Below, in pieces: positions 24,600 through 37,900 of a stretch of DNA of 64,000 bases. The DNA is from Welwitschia mirabilis (taxonomy: Eukaryota). The stretch covers positions 4,317,642-4,381,641 of the forward strand of contig JBOZIK010000001.1 in NCBI GenBank assembly GCA_051453625.1, read 5' to 3'. The number at the start of each line of letters is the position of its first letter. The stretch's first letter is position 1. The notes under the pieces are model-generated. The model saw only the letters and a list, made by a program, of their open reading frames with translations. It ran no database searches and was not told the origin of the DNA. Made by a program: the position numbers and the translations under genes.

Positions 24600-27170
24600 T
24601 AATCTTAATAGCTTCATTTAGTTACATTGGTGACTCTATATTTAGAGCAATTACTTATTCAAAAACTAAACTTAACCTTCAATGAAGCTTCTCAAGTTAA
24701 GCATGAAATTCATCAAGGATGTTTTATGTTTTATTAAGGGACTTTAAAGTTTTTATTACTTTCATGTAATATTTGAGTCTTCTTTTCTTTAAGTTATGTA
24801 ATATTTGAGTCTTCTTTCTTTAAGTTAAGAAACTTAAATTCATGTTTCATCAAGGTATCTTTGCACCACTTCATTATGACTCTTTGCCTTTGTTGGTCCT
24901 TATATTTGATATATATTACATTTTAAACCTTTGTCCTATATTTCTTAAAGTTTTTAAATTATTCTTTCTCCTTTTTCTCTCTTTATTTTTAATTCTAAAA
25001 GTGCTATGTTAAATTCTTTTAATTTTTCTTTAATTATCTCTTGTATTTTTATTATTTGTAATCCATAAGGATAATACAAAATTGCCTAGACTTCTTTAGT
25101 TCTTAATATTTGTAAAATTGTATTATTTTTTATTAATCTAAGAATGCTCCAACTCTTATAATTATTTTTTTGCTTTATTATCAACATAACAACTTTGAAG
25201 TTAGTTTATACATTTTAAAATATATAATCCATTTAGTTAATACATTTTAAAATATAATCCCTTTGGAACAATTATAGAATTGTTTAAATAGCTACTTAAC
25301 CAAATATGCATTTTGGTAAGTTCATATAGTGCTAGGATCTAAGAAAAATAGCCTCATTTGACTTGTTTAAATTTTTAAATATTTTTCAAATATTTTAAAA
25401 CATGTTGTAATCTTGGTCTTATATGTTTAGTAAAGCTAAAGTTCAAAAGGGGATGAATTTATTCTACTAATTTAGCTATATTATTGTAAACTTTAATCCC
25501 ACTCTTCTATATTATTGTTACTAATTGAGCTTCTTTTAGTCTTGATAATGTAACAATACATCAAGTGAAAAAGGAGGAAGAATGAGAAAAACAATAAAAG
25601 AATAATATCATTGATTTAAAAAAGGATTGCAAAAAGTAGTAAGAAACTTATTTGCTAGACATAAAAGGCACAACATAGCACATGCACTTTAAGTTGCATA
25701 GTTTACTTTCAAAGCAAGAAAAAGGTAAAATCAATATTAACTTGTACTTTTTTGCATATTTTATTATGAATTTCATCATATTAGATTAAAATAACGTAAA
25801 AAAATTATTTAAATTTCCCTTTATTTAATTTTATAAGCTTATTTATTACCAAAGCTAGTGAAGCATACTACATAGATTTTGGAAAATGTACTTCATTAAT
25901 ACACATGTATATTATGTAGTAAAGAAAAGACAAATGAGATGGTAGCAACACTATTTTTTTAATATTATTTTAAGAAGTGATAAGGAGGAAAGTATATCTT
26001 TATATTTTTTAATGAAGGAAAATGTAACTTCTAATTTCATTTTGACCTATAGGTATTAAATTGTGGTGGTTGATAGATAAGAATAATATGATGTTAACAA
26101 TCTATTAAATTTCTAGTTTCATAGATGTATCACTAGGTGTTTTGTCTGTAAAACACCTCTGACATACTAGTTTCATATATCCTACTAATTTTAATTTGAG
26201 TGGTTTATCATCTCATGATGATCAAACTAGAGTTCTCCATTTTCTACAAGGAATCTACTTCTTTTTTAATGCTTTATTATGTTTTAGTATTTTATGGTTA
26301 GAAAATCTCTTTAAAAGTTATTAATCTTTGTCTTTATCCTTATAATTTATTCCTTCAATCTCTCCATCTAAGATTATATGGAATTGATCTTCAATAGGGC
26401 CATCTTCTAATTCTGATAAAACATAAATTAAGAAATACTATAAGAATTAACTTATCTTAACATTAACTACTTTAACTTCTACATCTCTTAAAATCTTAGC
26501 ACTAGATGAAAATGATCTTACTTACTTTGTTGTTATACCTTTTTAATATTAGATGATCATTATGATGTTAGTTTAATTCATAGCTTCTATCATACCTAAG
26601 ATTCTTTACCATTAGCTGATGAGACAAATGGATTTTTCTTAATTTATTAATATTCACAACCACTTATTGCAATTTTTTAAATTCCATTAATGAAATTTAC
26701 TTCTATTACCATTTATGTTTCAAGATGAAACCATTAACTTTAATACCATGTTAGAGTTTGAAACAAGTATTCTTTGATACTATGTTCAAACTAATGAAAA
26801 AGTTTAAATTGTTTCATGAGTCCTAGAAAAGGAAGTAAAGTAATCAAGCTTTTTAATGTATATCAAAAGTGTTATTAAATAATTATTACAAATATCTTTA
26901 TAAAGGCAATTCATGGACAAATCACGTACCTGAGTCTTAGAATTAAAATTCTATAACTTAAATTATTTCATTACACTTCATTTAACTTTAGATATTTCCT
27001 CTTATTTAATGTATTATTTGGAATGAATGACATTTATTTATATAGTATTATGCCATGTAATAAGGATTTTGTCTTTCATTTATAAAAAGAAATATATTAG
27101 TTTTTGTATTTTATCAAGCAAGTTAATAATTATTAAATTAATTATGTTAACTTATTAATATTTTCATTAA
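24600..27170 (-). mobile_element. Degenerate Copia 5' portion (LTR, PBS, gag/PR/INT relics)
   Basis: PBS-like sequences at 26736-26748 and 26770-26782. FLDPST protease-like relic (~25328-25346). I*GP integrase-entry relic (~24895-24910). Confidence 0.5.
26783..27170 (-). repeat. LTR-like repeat, copy 2
   Basis: Colinear similarity with 16609-17100, preceded by AAGTATTCTTTGATACTA. Confidence 0.6.
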
Positions 27171-27379
27171 GTTTTTTTATTTAAATAGATAATGATTACA
27201 ATTTACAATTGGGGTTTTACCCCTTATAAATAAAGTGTATATTTATGATAAAAAATAAAATGTTACCCATAACCAGTAACATATAACCTTCTTGCATTAC
27301 TTTACAAGGCCACATTAGTGTTCTGTCATAACTAACTATCATACTGGTCATAAATGACCTAATCATTAGATTACCTCAA

Positions 27380-28560
27380 ATGAGAAGAATTTCTTGAATG
27401 AACTAATTATTTTTGGAATTATCTATATTTATTTAAATATAAGAAGAATTTATTACATGAATTAAATAAGTATTTTAGAATGATTCATAGTTGTTCAAGT
27501 ATTATCCTAACTAAATTATTCATAGGTGTATTTCATAATTTAAAATCTTAAGTATTTTGAAATATATAGATGATGGAGTTTGGGAGGGTTATTTTCCTAT
27601 AAAGAAAATTTCCTATAAAATTCTATGATCTGAATTTTATAACATAAATTTTTTAGATATAGTCATAAGCATCGTAAATATTATAATAAAATTTAATACT
27701 TAAGTAGCATTGGAAATAGATAAATGATGTTCCTTTTATCTTTATTAAGATTAAACCATTTGATGTATGCATAATTGATTGTTGGATTATTTCCTTCATC
27801 TTTGTATTATTTATACATATTGTTTTTTGTAGATTATTTGACTAAGTGGTATAAAGCTATTCTAGTTAGAATGAATAATAATAGCATGATTGTTAAACTA
27901 TAATTAACTTTTCTTCGATAATTTAAAGCTATCATTGGTAATGAAATAATCCTCTTTTGCAATATAATTATGAATAATCTAATGAAAAATGTAGAATGGT
28001 TCATAAAGTTACAACTTTACACCATCCACAAACTAATCATCAAGTCAGAGTTATCAATCATGAATTCTAACCAAAAAGTATGGTAGTTTAATCTTAATAA
28101 TCTCTTTATGCCTCTAATTACCTATGAAACATTTATTATAATGTCTTATTATAGACATTTTTAGAAAAGATTATTATCTTCGTATTGAAATAGGACACAA
28201 AGTTTTTTAACCATTAAATATCTTGATCATAATCTTAATATATCTTTATAATTTAGGAATCTTATCTTAAATGACCTATAAGAAATTAGAAATAAAGCCT
28301 ATAAAAACCATCATATCCAAAAATAAAGAATGAAAGCCTTCTTGATAAAAATAACCTTAGTAAATATTTTCAACCCAATGACATAGTTTTACTTTATGAC
28401 TCAAGGTTATAAAAATTTCTTAGAAAACCTATTTGAATTGAACTAATCTATTCTAAGTCTTAACAGTATTTTCTTATGTCACTGTTAAGATTTTAAGACT
28501 TAAGGATAACCATTCTTTTAGAGTTAATAGCTAAAGATTTAAAACATTTTTAAAAATATA
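27380..28560 (+). pseudogene. Ty3/Gypsy (Athila-like) integrase remnant
   Basis: KPFDVC (~27753), VDYLTKWYKA (~27828-27858), HHPQTNHQVRVINHE (~28020-28065), VLLYDSRL (~28386-28410). Confidence 0.85.
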
Positions 28561-29549
28561 TCCATATAGATCATTAATTTTATCCCATTCCCTTAACATA
28601 GAATTATAAGATATTAAAAAAGTTTTAAAAAGTAAAAGAAAAATAAAAAATAAGAAAAAAAGAAAAAAAAGGTTAGAATTGGTGCCATAGGTGTAAATAT
28701 TCAAGGTTTCTATTAGCTAAAATCTAGAACTATAATAAGTGTATGATTCACTTATTTTAATTCTAAGACATTAACCTCTTAAGTACATTTCATCACTTGT
28801 ATCATTAACAATAGATTAGATTGAGGAAATATCTATGCTATTATTTAATATCATCTTGCACTATATTTCATTTGGTAATTTATAGATTGAAAAATATATT
28901 CTAGAAATTAAGAAAAAATTTAAGTAAAAGACTCTTATGCTCTAAAAATTTTCAAATGGGAATAAATCTATCAGTATGTTTTTACTAGGAAATACTCATT
29001 AAAATAGACTTTTTAATATGAGAGTGTACTAATTATATTAGTTTTAAGGAAAAAATTAAAAAAATCAAAACCTATGAAAACCAAAATTCTAACATGGGGG
29101 ATAACTAAATGATACATGGAGATATAGTTGTTAGATAGTTAATATAACTAATGAAATAATTATTAACCTAGTTAAGAAAATACAAAATACCATGTTCTAT
29201 TTTGAATTGAAAAGATGCAGCCTATCCTACTAGCAGAACATAAAATAAAAATAGAATCATTCATCTAATTATAGGAGAGAATCAATATTAATTCAATCAA
29301 TTAAAGAAGTATAATAAAAAATTTTAAATCACACAAGCCTGAGTAAAATAATTTTCTAAGTGATTCACTCATGAATCATCTACCTAATCTCATGTTAGAA
29401 ATGATATTTTTAATAATGATTAATTATTCATTATTAATCAATTAATTATTTTTATCAAACGTCTAATACATTACAAAGTTTAATTCTCCCTTTTTTATTT
29501 TTTTATTTTTTCCCTATCATGAAACAAGCTGAAGCTTTAATATTTTACT

Positions 29550-30430
29550 TAAACATGTTACAAAATGCTCTTACGCTCATGTCTAAATTAGTTTTAAAAT
29601 ACAACATTGAAGCGTGGTTTAAATCCTTAGATTTTATAAGAGCTAAAGGTTGCAAATTCTATAATGATAAGATAAATAATCATTAGTTTCAAAGTTGAAG
29701 GTTTTAATCTTGATATGAATACTGATGAAACAATACTTTTAGAGTTCAAGATTATAAGTTTTAGGATGACAAAGATAAACATCAAGAACTCTAAATTTAT
29801 AAAACTAAGGATTACATTTTTAAAGTAAAAGTAATAATAAAAAGTCCATTAATAAGACTTTGAGAAGTTACAAAAGATGATTGTGATTATTAATAACATG
29901 AAATAAAACTCATTTATTTAGTTAAGTAATAAGGGTAACCAATCATATGTTATGGTGGAAGTTATGAATTAAGAAAAAACCCTTAACAATTGATCTAATT
30001 TATGCATGGATGTACTTATGTATGATAGGCATAGAGGTAAATATCATTTCCATCTCATGATAAGGCATGAAAGTTCTAGAAGTTTAAGTAAATACTCCTA
30101 GGAGAAGCTAGTTTTTACATTGTTCATGATTTGAATTTCATAATAAATAAAAGATAATCCTATTGAATATTAATTCCCTCTAATGCTAGTTGATAAAACT
30201 AGAGAAATAAACTAGAATCATTGAAATAAATATCAATAAAATCAAAAGGCATTTTTCACCTATAAAGCACTAAAACAACATGAAGGTCTAGTGGATAAAA
30301 ATTAATTTCATCTTGTATATAAAGCATTATTATTCTATGTTATGGAATAATGAAACAATCAAATTGATATTGATATAATTTATAATAGTTATGCTAGAGA
30401 TGTTTTATAAAATATTTAATAACAAACCTA
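29550..30430 (+). pseudogene. Possible Copia RT/RNase H remnant
   Basis: Only faint relics (IFH...TK at ~30250-30275, resembling FHxRTKH). Very decayed. Confidence 0.3.
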
Positions 30431-30469
30431 TGAAACTAGAAAGTCAATAATATTGGTGTAATGTGATCC

Positions 30470-32956
30470 AATGTGAATACATTATATGTTTGTATGATGT
30501 TTATGTGTTAATGTTGTTGTTTAGATAATTGTGAGCTTATAAAACTTTATGTTAAGATACATATTAATGTGTTTTGTAAGGAATTATATCTCACATGAAT
30601 TAGAAAGAGAAAGTAACTCATAACTCTATATAAAAGTCTTAATTGATATAATGAAAAATATTATCTTAATTCTTCTTAAAGGGATAAATAAAATTATACT
30701 AGATTAAAGACTCATTTTAAAATACTTCATTTATGCTTCATTTATGATTGATGCTTCATTCATTCCTAAAATATTTAGATAGGCTCTACTTCTACTTTAA
30801 GATTATTAAATTCTTCAATGTTCTTACTACTTTATGCATTAAAAGGCTTCAACAATAATAGATGTTTTAGCATCTTAAGTGAATTGAGCTTGATCATTTT
30901 GTGTGCTTTATAGATTTATTAGATGCTTAAATACATTTATATTTTTCAAATATCAGTTTATTATAATGAAATTAAATTTTATATCATCAAATAAAAAATT
31001 AATCTCATAGTTATGAAATTTAATTAAAGATTTAAGATCTTTAAATATTTATACAAGAATATGATTACTTGAAGAGATTCTCATGTCATTTCATAAAAGA
31101 AGGAAAATATATTTGATCAAAGATCTTAAAATAATAATTTTTTTGAGGATCTAAATTCATTTTGTAAGTGTTTTATTTGATCTAGATACAATGGTAGATG
31201 ACTTACCCATGAAATGTCATCATTATAACTTTGTTTCTATGTTTTTTAAAACCTATTTTAAAAATGACCTATAGGATAGACATATTTTAGATAAGTACAT
31301 GTCTCTAATCCATGAAATAGACATCTATCAAATATAAATATTTCTTCATAGAAATTAGCCTTCAAGTGATTTCAAGGATTGACATCTCTCAATGAGACAT
31401 ACATCTAAAATTTATAAAATAGATGTCTTCCAATCCCAAAGACATATTAACGGAACTAAAATTATATCAAAATAAAGAGATGAATTATAGAGCTTTTAGA
31501 ATAGAGATTTAATCCATCAAAGACATATGTGCATCCTTTCAAAGATGTCTTTAATTCAAGTCGATCAAGACAAATAGGCTCATGAATCTTATTCTAAGAA
31601 AGTGATATTAGAGCTATAAGTTATAGGTACATATATTTAAAAAAGATTAGATTTTAATTTTTAAAGATTACAAAGGTTAGTTTTATCTTCATTTTAATAT
31701 GTTAAAGGAGTTTTGTAGGTGCTCAATTATTTTTAATAATAGTCAAAGTTTTACATATTGGTTTCTAATTAATGAAGACATTACTTGAATTGAATGAATG
31801 TTATGATGTAGTTTATAATGATCTATTTTATCCTAAAAATCCTAATGTTTTAAATAGAAAATAGAAAAAAAAACATAAATCAAATAAGATGCATAATGTA
31901 TTGGCCCAGATGATCATCTAAACATCTCTAACTGAAGCCATCAAATATAGAATTACAGGGAAAAAAAATCAAAGGATTATTGTGACCAACTAAAAAATTA
32001 TTTTAGGAGTAGCTAAGAGAATATGAAAATCAAACAATTGAGGTACTAGTTAGACTTTTAAAATCTTTACATTATAAGAAGTGATTACATAGAATATTTA
32101 TTTTAAAGAATGTATCAAATAGTTAAAAATATTAATGAATACATTTATGGATTCTTAAAAAGATAAAAGATAGATAGAATAGTTCAAGTCATCTATAATG
32201 ATACTAGATATAAGAGCATGATGATTACTTTGCTTCAAATAAAAAATTTTAGTACTTTAATAGTTGATGCATTGGTTGCTCATATAAGAACATTAAAAGA
32301 TTTAAAAAACAAAGGAACCTTCATGTGATAAAGCCTATCTTACAAAGTTCCAAAGAAGAAGAGGAAGAAGTAGCAAGCCTATTAGAGGAAGAGAAAGACA
32401 AAGTTATCAAAATTAAGGAGGGAATAATCACACCTTTAATTCTTATTAAAATCAAGAATGAAAATAAAATTTCAAATATTTTTAAATAGAAATAGAACCA
32501 TTCCAAAGAGGTAAAAGATTTAATGGTCAAGAGGGAGAGGTAATTATTCCCAAAAAAAAGTACCAAAATCAATACTCCAAAGAAGGCATAAAGAAAAATA
32601 ACTTATGATGCATAAATTACAAAAGACTAAATCATAATAAAGAGAAATATTAATGGAAAGTTGGTTTTATCATTATTTCAAATGATCAATCTTGATTTAA
32701 ATCTACTAAAGAATGTGGACCATCTACTTCTCAACTAATAGTTAACAAAGAAAAGTAGGTTAAAGGAGAGGTAGTAAAATATTTAGACTTAATATAACAA
32801 AAAAATATTGAATCTTCCACATGAATTGTGGATACTGGTTATTCAAATCACATGACTCCAAATAAAAATTTATTTATTGATTACAAGCTTATTAATTTGG
32901 GATTTATTAAAGTTTGTGATAGTGCTTTTTTCAAAATAGAAGGCCTCAAAGACATT
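30470..32956 (+). mobile_element. Copia element, left part (probable LTR to ~31755, gag, protease), interrupted by the Gypsy complex
   Basis: CA followed by degenerate PBS TATTGGTTTC (~31754-31766). gag VDALVAHIRTL (~32263-32295). Protease *IVDTGYSNHMTP (~32822-32860). The left boundary is uncertain. Confidence 0.75.
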
Positions 32957-34159
32957 TGATGTGCCACTAAATTGTATGTATTTGATGGGATATTATGAGC
33001 TATTTTGTAAGACATTTATATAGGTTTAGATGCAATTCTAAGGATTATGAAGAATTGATAAATGATCATAAAAATGTGCAATTTTTGACATATTTAGATG
33101 TGTTTCAAGCACATTTTGATGTACATGGCTTTAGAGGAAGATCACTAATGTAAAAAAAAGACTTCTCTTAAGTTAAAAAAATAAATAGGACTATTGTTTC
33201 CTTTGTCATTCCCATAATAGATAGGACGACATCACTATAAATGCCACATGGGAATGCTAATGTGGACTAGAGCTAATACTACTGAGTCATCTTTTCTAAA
33301 GGAGTGTCATTCTTATGGTCATCCCCATGACATGTAGGGTGACTATTGTAATGTTTGACCATCTTCCCGTTAGTCGTTCCTACAATAGTTAAGACGACAT
33401 TTAAAACAGTCAGCTAATCTTCATATATTTTATCCATTTATTTACTTGAGTTGAGTGCATTTTATAATGCATTTTGTATGATGGCTTTGTCTTCTTAGCC
33501 CTATAAATAAGACCCCCTCTTTGACTTTGCTATCTATCTTCAATGCACTAAACATTCTCGTAACAGGGGATCGAAGAACAAGAGATTAATCTTATGAGTT
33601 GCAAAAAGACATTTCCTTTGTAAAGGATTGTGCATTCTTCATTGAGGCTTAGCTGTTCTATAACCCAGATGTTGGTTCAATTTTAATATAAAACTCTGTT
33701 TCTCTATTATGCATTTATACTATTAATTTCCCTTATAGTTTATATTGTTATAGTATTGGTGATAGTCTTTTTAATAATGTAGGTCTTAAGAGCAACCTTT
33801 GTTAAGGCTGAAAAAATTATTTTAAGGATTATCTTGCATTACATTTATTCAACTCATATAATAGCTTAAGTTATTCTTTATTAGTGACAACCTCCTTGGA
33901 TGATTTACATTATATAAAGTCAATCTTCCTAATAAGTTAATTCAGTACTTAGATAGGTGTTCATCTAGATTTAGTTACATTTGAATTGCACTGCATATTT
34001 ATTTTCTATACTATTCTTTTTTTCTCTTACATGCCTTCGATGGGTTATGACATTTGGGTCACTCCCATTTATACTAGAATGTATATTTTAAAATATATAT
34101 ATTTGTAATTATTAGGATTCATTAAGGCAAAAAGGAGTACAAAAATATGCACTACAATA
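32957..34159 (+). repeat. LTR (Athila-like family 1)
   Basis: Starts TGATGTGCC, has CTATAAATA (~33500), and aligns with 46388-47611 and 37015-37879. Confidence 0.9.
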
Positions 34160-36914
34160 TCTTAGCACTATTGCTTAGGAAGGCTACTGAGGAGCATGAG
34201 GATTGTCATTATTTAGATGAATAATTTGAATTTCTATTTGTTTCTTTATCTATAGCGATGTTGTATTTCTTAATTAGGAATTATAGGTATCAATTACAAT
34301 TTTCTATTTTTCTTAGTTTTTTAATAATAGTCTATCATCTTCTATGTTATTCCACAACATTGAGAATAGGTTTGTAGTTTACTTCTTTCAGTCTTGGTTT
34401 AGTGGTAAAAGAACTATTGTCTCCTCTGTTGTCCCCATGACATAGTAGATGATAAACTCTGATTTTAGTTTTCTATTTTTGGTTTTTAAATTATAATAAT
34501 TATTATTTTAGTAATAGTTAGTTTTCATTATCCCTTTATCATCCACATAAACAAAAGGATGATAATTTACTTTTAGCTTTGGGATTTCTACTAAATTTCT
34601 ATTTTCTATTTTTTCTTTTTATTTATGTCATCCTCTCTGTCATTTCCATGACTAAAAGGATGACTGTTAGTTGTTTTTTTATTTCATTTTATATTATTTT
34701 CTATTTATAGGATACTATAACATGGTCAATCCAGGAAAGAAGTATTTGAGAAAAAGGCTACTAATAGAAGAGAACATCAGAGAAGAATCGATCAAATTTG
34801 AAATAAAGTTGGATAAACAATCTCCAGGTGCATACAATATTTCTTCTGAGTTTATTTTTTCTAAATTTAACTCTGTGAAAGAAATTTTTTTAGCAGATAA
34901 TTTAGAATAAGAAGATAATTTTACAATGTCAAGCATTGTGCAAAAACAAAAGCAAGTTGTAGAATCTTTAAACCCTACTCCTAAAGTAAACCTTACCTTT
35001 AAGGAATTAATAGCAAATAAGAAATGGAAAATTTAAACTCCTTTTAATTTATTCCCAAGATGACATTAAATTAAAGAATCTAAATGCCTATTACATCTTT
35101 AGTGGTGAACATGATAAGGATCCCCTTCAACACATTAAAAACATTTAACAGTTATGAAAATGAATAGAAAAGGATTAGTGATTATACATATATGGTCATT
35201 TTTCCAATAACATTGAAGGAAAGAGGAAAATCTTTGGTTAAAAACTATATTCCACAAGAGTTTAAAAACTGGGAATTAAGTCTAGGAAGTATTTGTTAAA
35301 TTATTTATGAGTTAAGTAATCATTAGAAAAAGAAAAATGAAGTGATAAGTTTTCAATGATGACTAAATGAAGATTATGCTTCCATATATGAATGCTTTTT
35401 TACGACAATTCACTCTAATCTAGTAGACACTTTTATACAAGAAGAGCTAGTTGACTAACGTTATAGTGGGATAAACCACCAAATGAAACAACTCATAGAC
35501 TCCTCTTATGATGGAAAACTAATGAACTTCACTTTATAAAATTCTTGGAAAACATTAAAATAACTTGTGGAGGTGAGCCAAACTTGGCCGACATCAAAAG
35601 ATAACCACACTATAGGACAGATCATAAGATTTGAAAAAGGTAAAACAAGAAAAGGAGGTAGAAGACAACCTAATAAATTTGATTAAATAATTCACAAAAA
35701 CTCTAGAAAAATACACTTAAATAATTTTAAATGCTAAATTAATGACTAAAAAAATGTTGTTTTAATGTGTGACTTATGTAAGGATAACTATCATGTTACC
35801 AAAGATTGTTTACTTTTGCTAACCTAGAAAAAGAAGATACATGATAAAGTTTGTACTTTTAACCAAAAATTTCCAAAATTCTAGAATAAAAATCAAAACT
35901 AGTCACAACCTAAGATGAATTCATAATTCAACTTTTAAATCTTTAACAATAAGTTTAAAAATTTTGAAACCAATTTTTAACCTTTTGAAAATTGTTTTAA
36001 AAATTCAAACCTTTAACCAAGTCCATCAAATTTTCAACATCAAGATGATTTACTTCAAAACTCTATAGATAAACTTACAAAATTATAATAGAAGCAAAAC
36101 GCCAATGTTTAAAACTTAGTAAATATCATTTAATAAACCATGTTGGTCAATTAAGAACCATAAAGATCATTCGCAATACAACCTCTATTAAATTCCAACT
36201 AAGTAAGAAGAGATTGTAATGGTGTAATATGAAGTGGACATAAAGTAAACCATCCTCCTTATGAAGCATTAACCTTCTAAAATGACACTAAAGATGATAA
36301 AAAAGAAGAGGACATCAAAATATTAAAAAATTACAACTTCCCTTCTCTTGGTAAAATTAAAAATAAAAATTATTCACAACAGTTAGAAAATAAAGCAGTT
36401 ATCCTTTGGCTTGATAGGATTAACACTAGTTTAATTTTTAATGAACATATTAAAACATTGATGAAAAATATGAGTATAAACTTACTATTTTAAAAACTTT
36501 TTCAAGAAAATATAAGGTACAGTTATAAAAAGGCTTAATAAGAAGAAAACAAAAATGAGTTATCTTTAGAAAGGTATTTTTAGCTCAATCCCTTACAAAT
36601 TTAGTGTTACAAAAATGTTCAAAATTTAAAGATCCAAGGGCATAAATAGTGATTTTTACATTAGAGAAAGACAAAAAGATTAAAAGAGCTGTAATTAATA
36701 TTGGATTGAGTGTCAAGGACATGCCTTTACATATTTGCAAGAGACTTGGTTTAGAAGGTAGAAGAGAGCCTATTCAGATTCTTTTGGAATTAGTAAACAC
36801 TTTGGTTAAGAAACCCTTAGGGATCATCAAAGATTTAGTTATTTAAACTGAAGAAGCCTTTTATCCAATAGATGTGATTATCATAGAAGTCGAACATAAT
36901 GGAGGGTAATAATT
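32957..36914 (+). mobile_element. Athila-like Gypsy segment A: LTR, PBS, gag and protease, ending at a gap
   Basis: LTR 32957-34159. Degenerate PBS 34160-34180. gag FSGEHDKDPLQHIK (~35098-35140). Protease KRAVINIGLSVKDMPLHICKRLGL (ORF 36649-36846). Confidence 0.88.
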
Positions 36915-37014
36915 NNNNNNNNNNNNNNNNNNNNNNNNNNNNNNNNNNNNNNNNNNNNNNNNNNNNNNNNNNNNNNNNNNNNNNNNNNNNNNNNNNNNNN
37001 NNNNNNNNNNNNNN

Positions 37015-37879
37015 TATCCATGGCCATTCCCATGACATATAGAACAACAACTAATGATTCATGTACCATTATCCCTATGTCATTTTCATGATAGTCAAGA
37101 GAACAATCTATTTCATCCATTTCTATCTTTAATTTAAGCACATTTTTTATCACATTTTGAGTAATGGTTATTCCTTTTTTACTATATAAATAGACCCTTC
37201 TTCCATCCTCCTATCATCTTTAATTCACTAAAAATTCTCCTGACAAGAGATCAAATGGCAAGAGATCCATCTTATGTAGTTGTATAAAGATGTTTCCTTG
37301 GTATAGGGTTGTGCATCCTCCATTGAGGTGTGGCTACTTTGTAACTCGAATATTGGTTTGATCATTAATACAAACTTCATTTCTTTTATTTTTTAATACT
37401 ATTTATATCCTTTATGATTTATGTTACTCTTAATTTAATGAAAGTTTTATTAATGATATAGATCTTAAGGATAACCTTTATTATGATTGACAATTATAGT
37501 TTAAAAGCATTTTGCATTACACTTGATTTGACTTACTTGGTAGCCTAAGTTAGACTCAGCTAGTGATAGTTCCCATGGCTGATTTAGGTTATATAGGGCT
37601 AATCTTCTTGACAAGTTGATTCAGTAATTGAATAAGTATTCATCTATATTAAGTACATTTACATTGCATTGTATGTTTACTGTCTTGTAGTGTTCTTAAG
37701 TTTAAGATATAAAATTTTCTTTTAAAATCAATTCTCCTTATTCTCTTCATGTCTTCAATAAGTTTATGACATCTGGGTAAATCCCATTTATACTCAAGTG
37801 TTATATTTTATAATATATCTATCTGTGATTAATGGGATTCAATAGGATGTAAAGGATTGTAAAATTATGCACCATAACA
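37015..37879 (+). repeat. Partial 5' LTR of element B (5' part lost in the gap)
   Basis: Aligns with ~46740-47611 and ends ...ATAACA. Confidence 0.9.
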
Positions 37880-37882
37880 TCT

Positions 37883-37900
37883 TGGCGTCATTACTGGGGA
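37883..37900 (+). promoter_or_regulatory. Athila-type primer-binding site
   Basis: TGGCGTCATTACTGGGGA is a transition-decayed form of TGGCGCCGTTGCCGGGGA. Confidence 0.8.
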
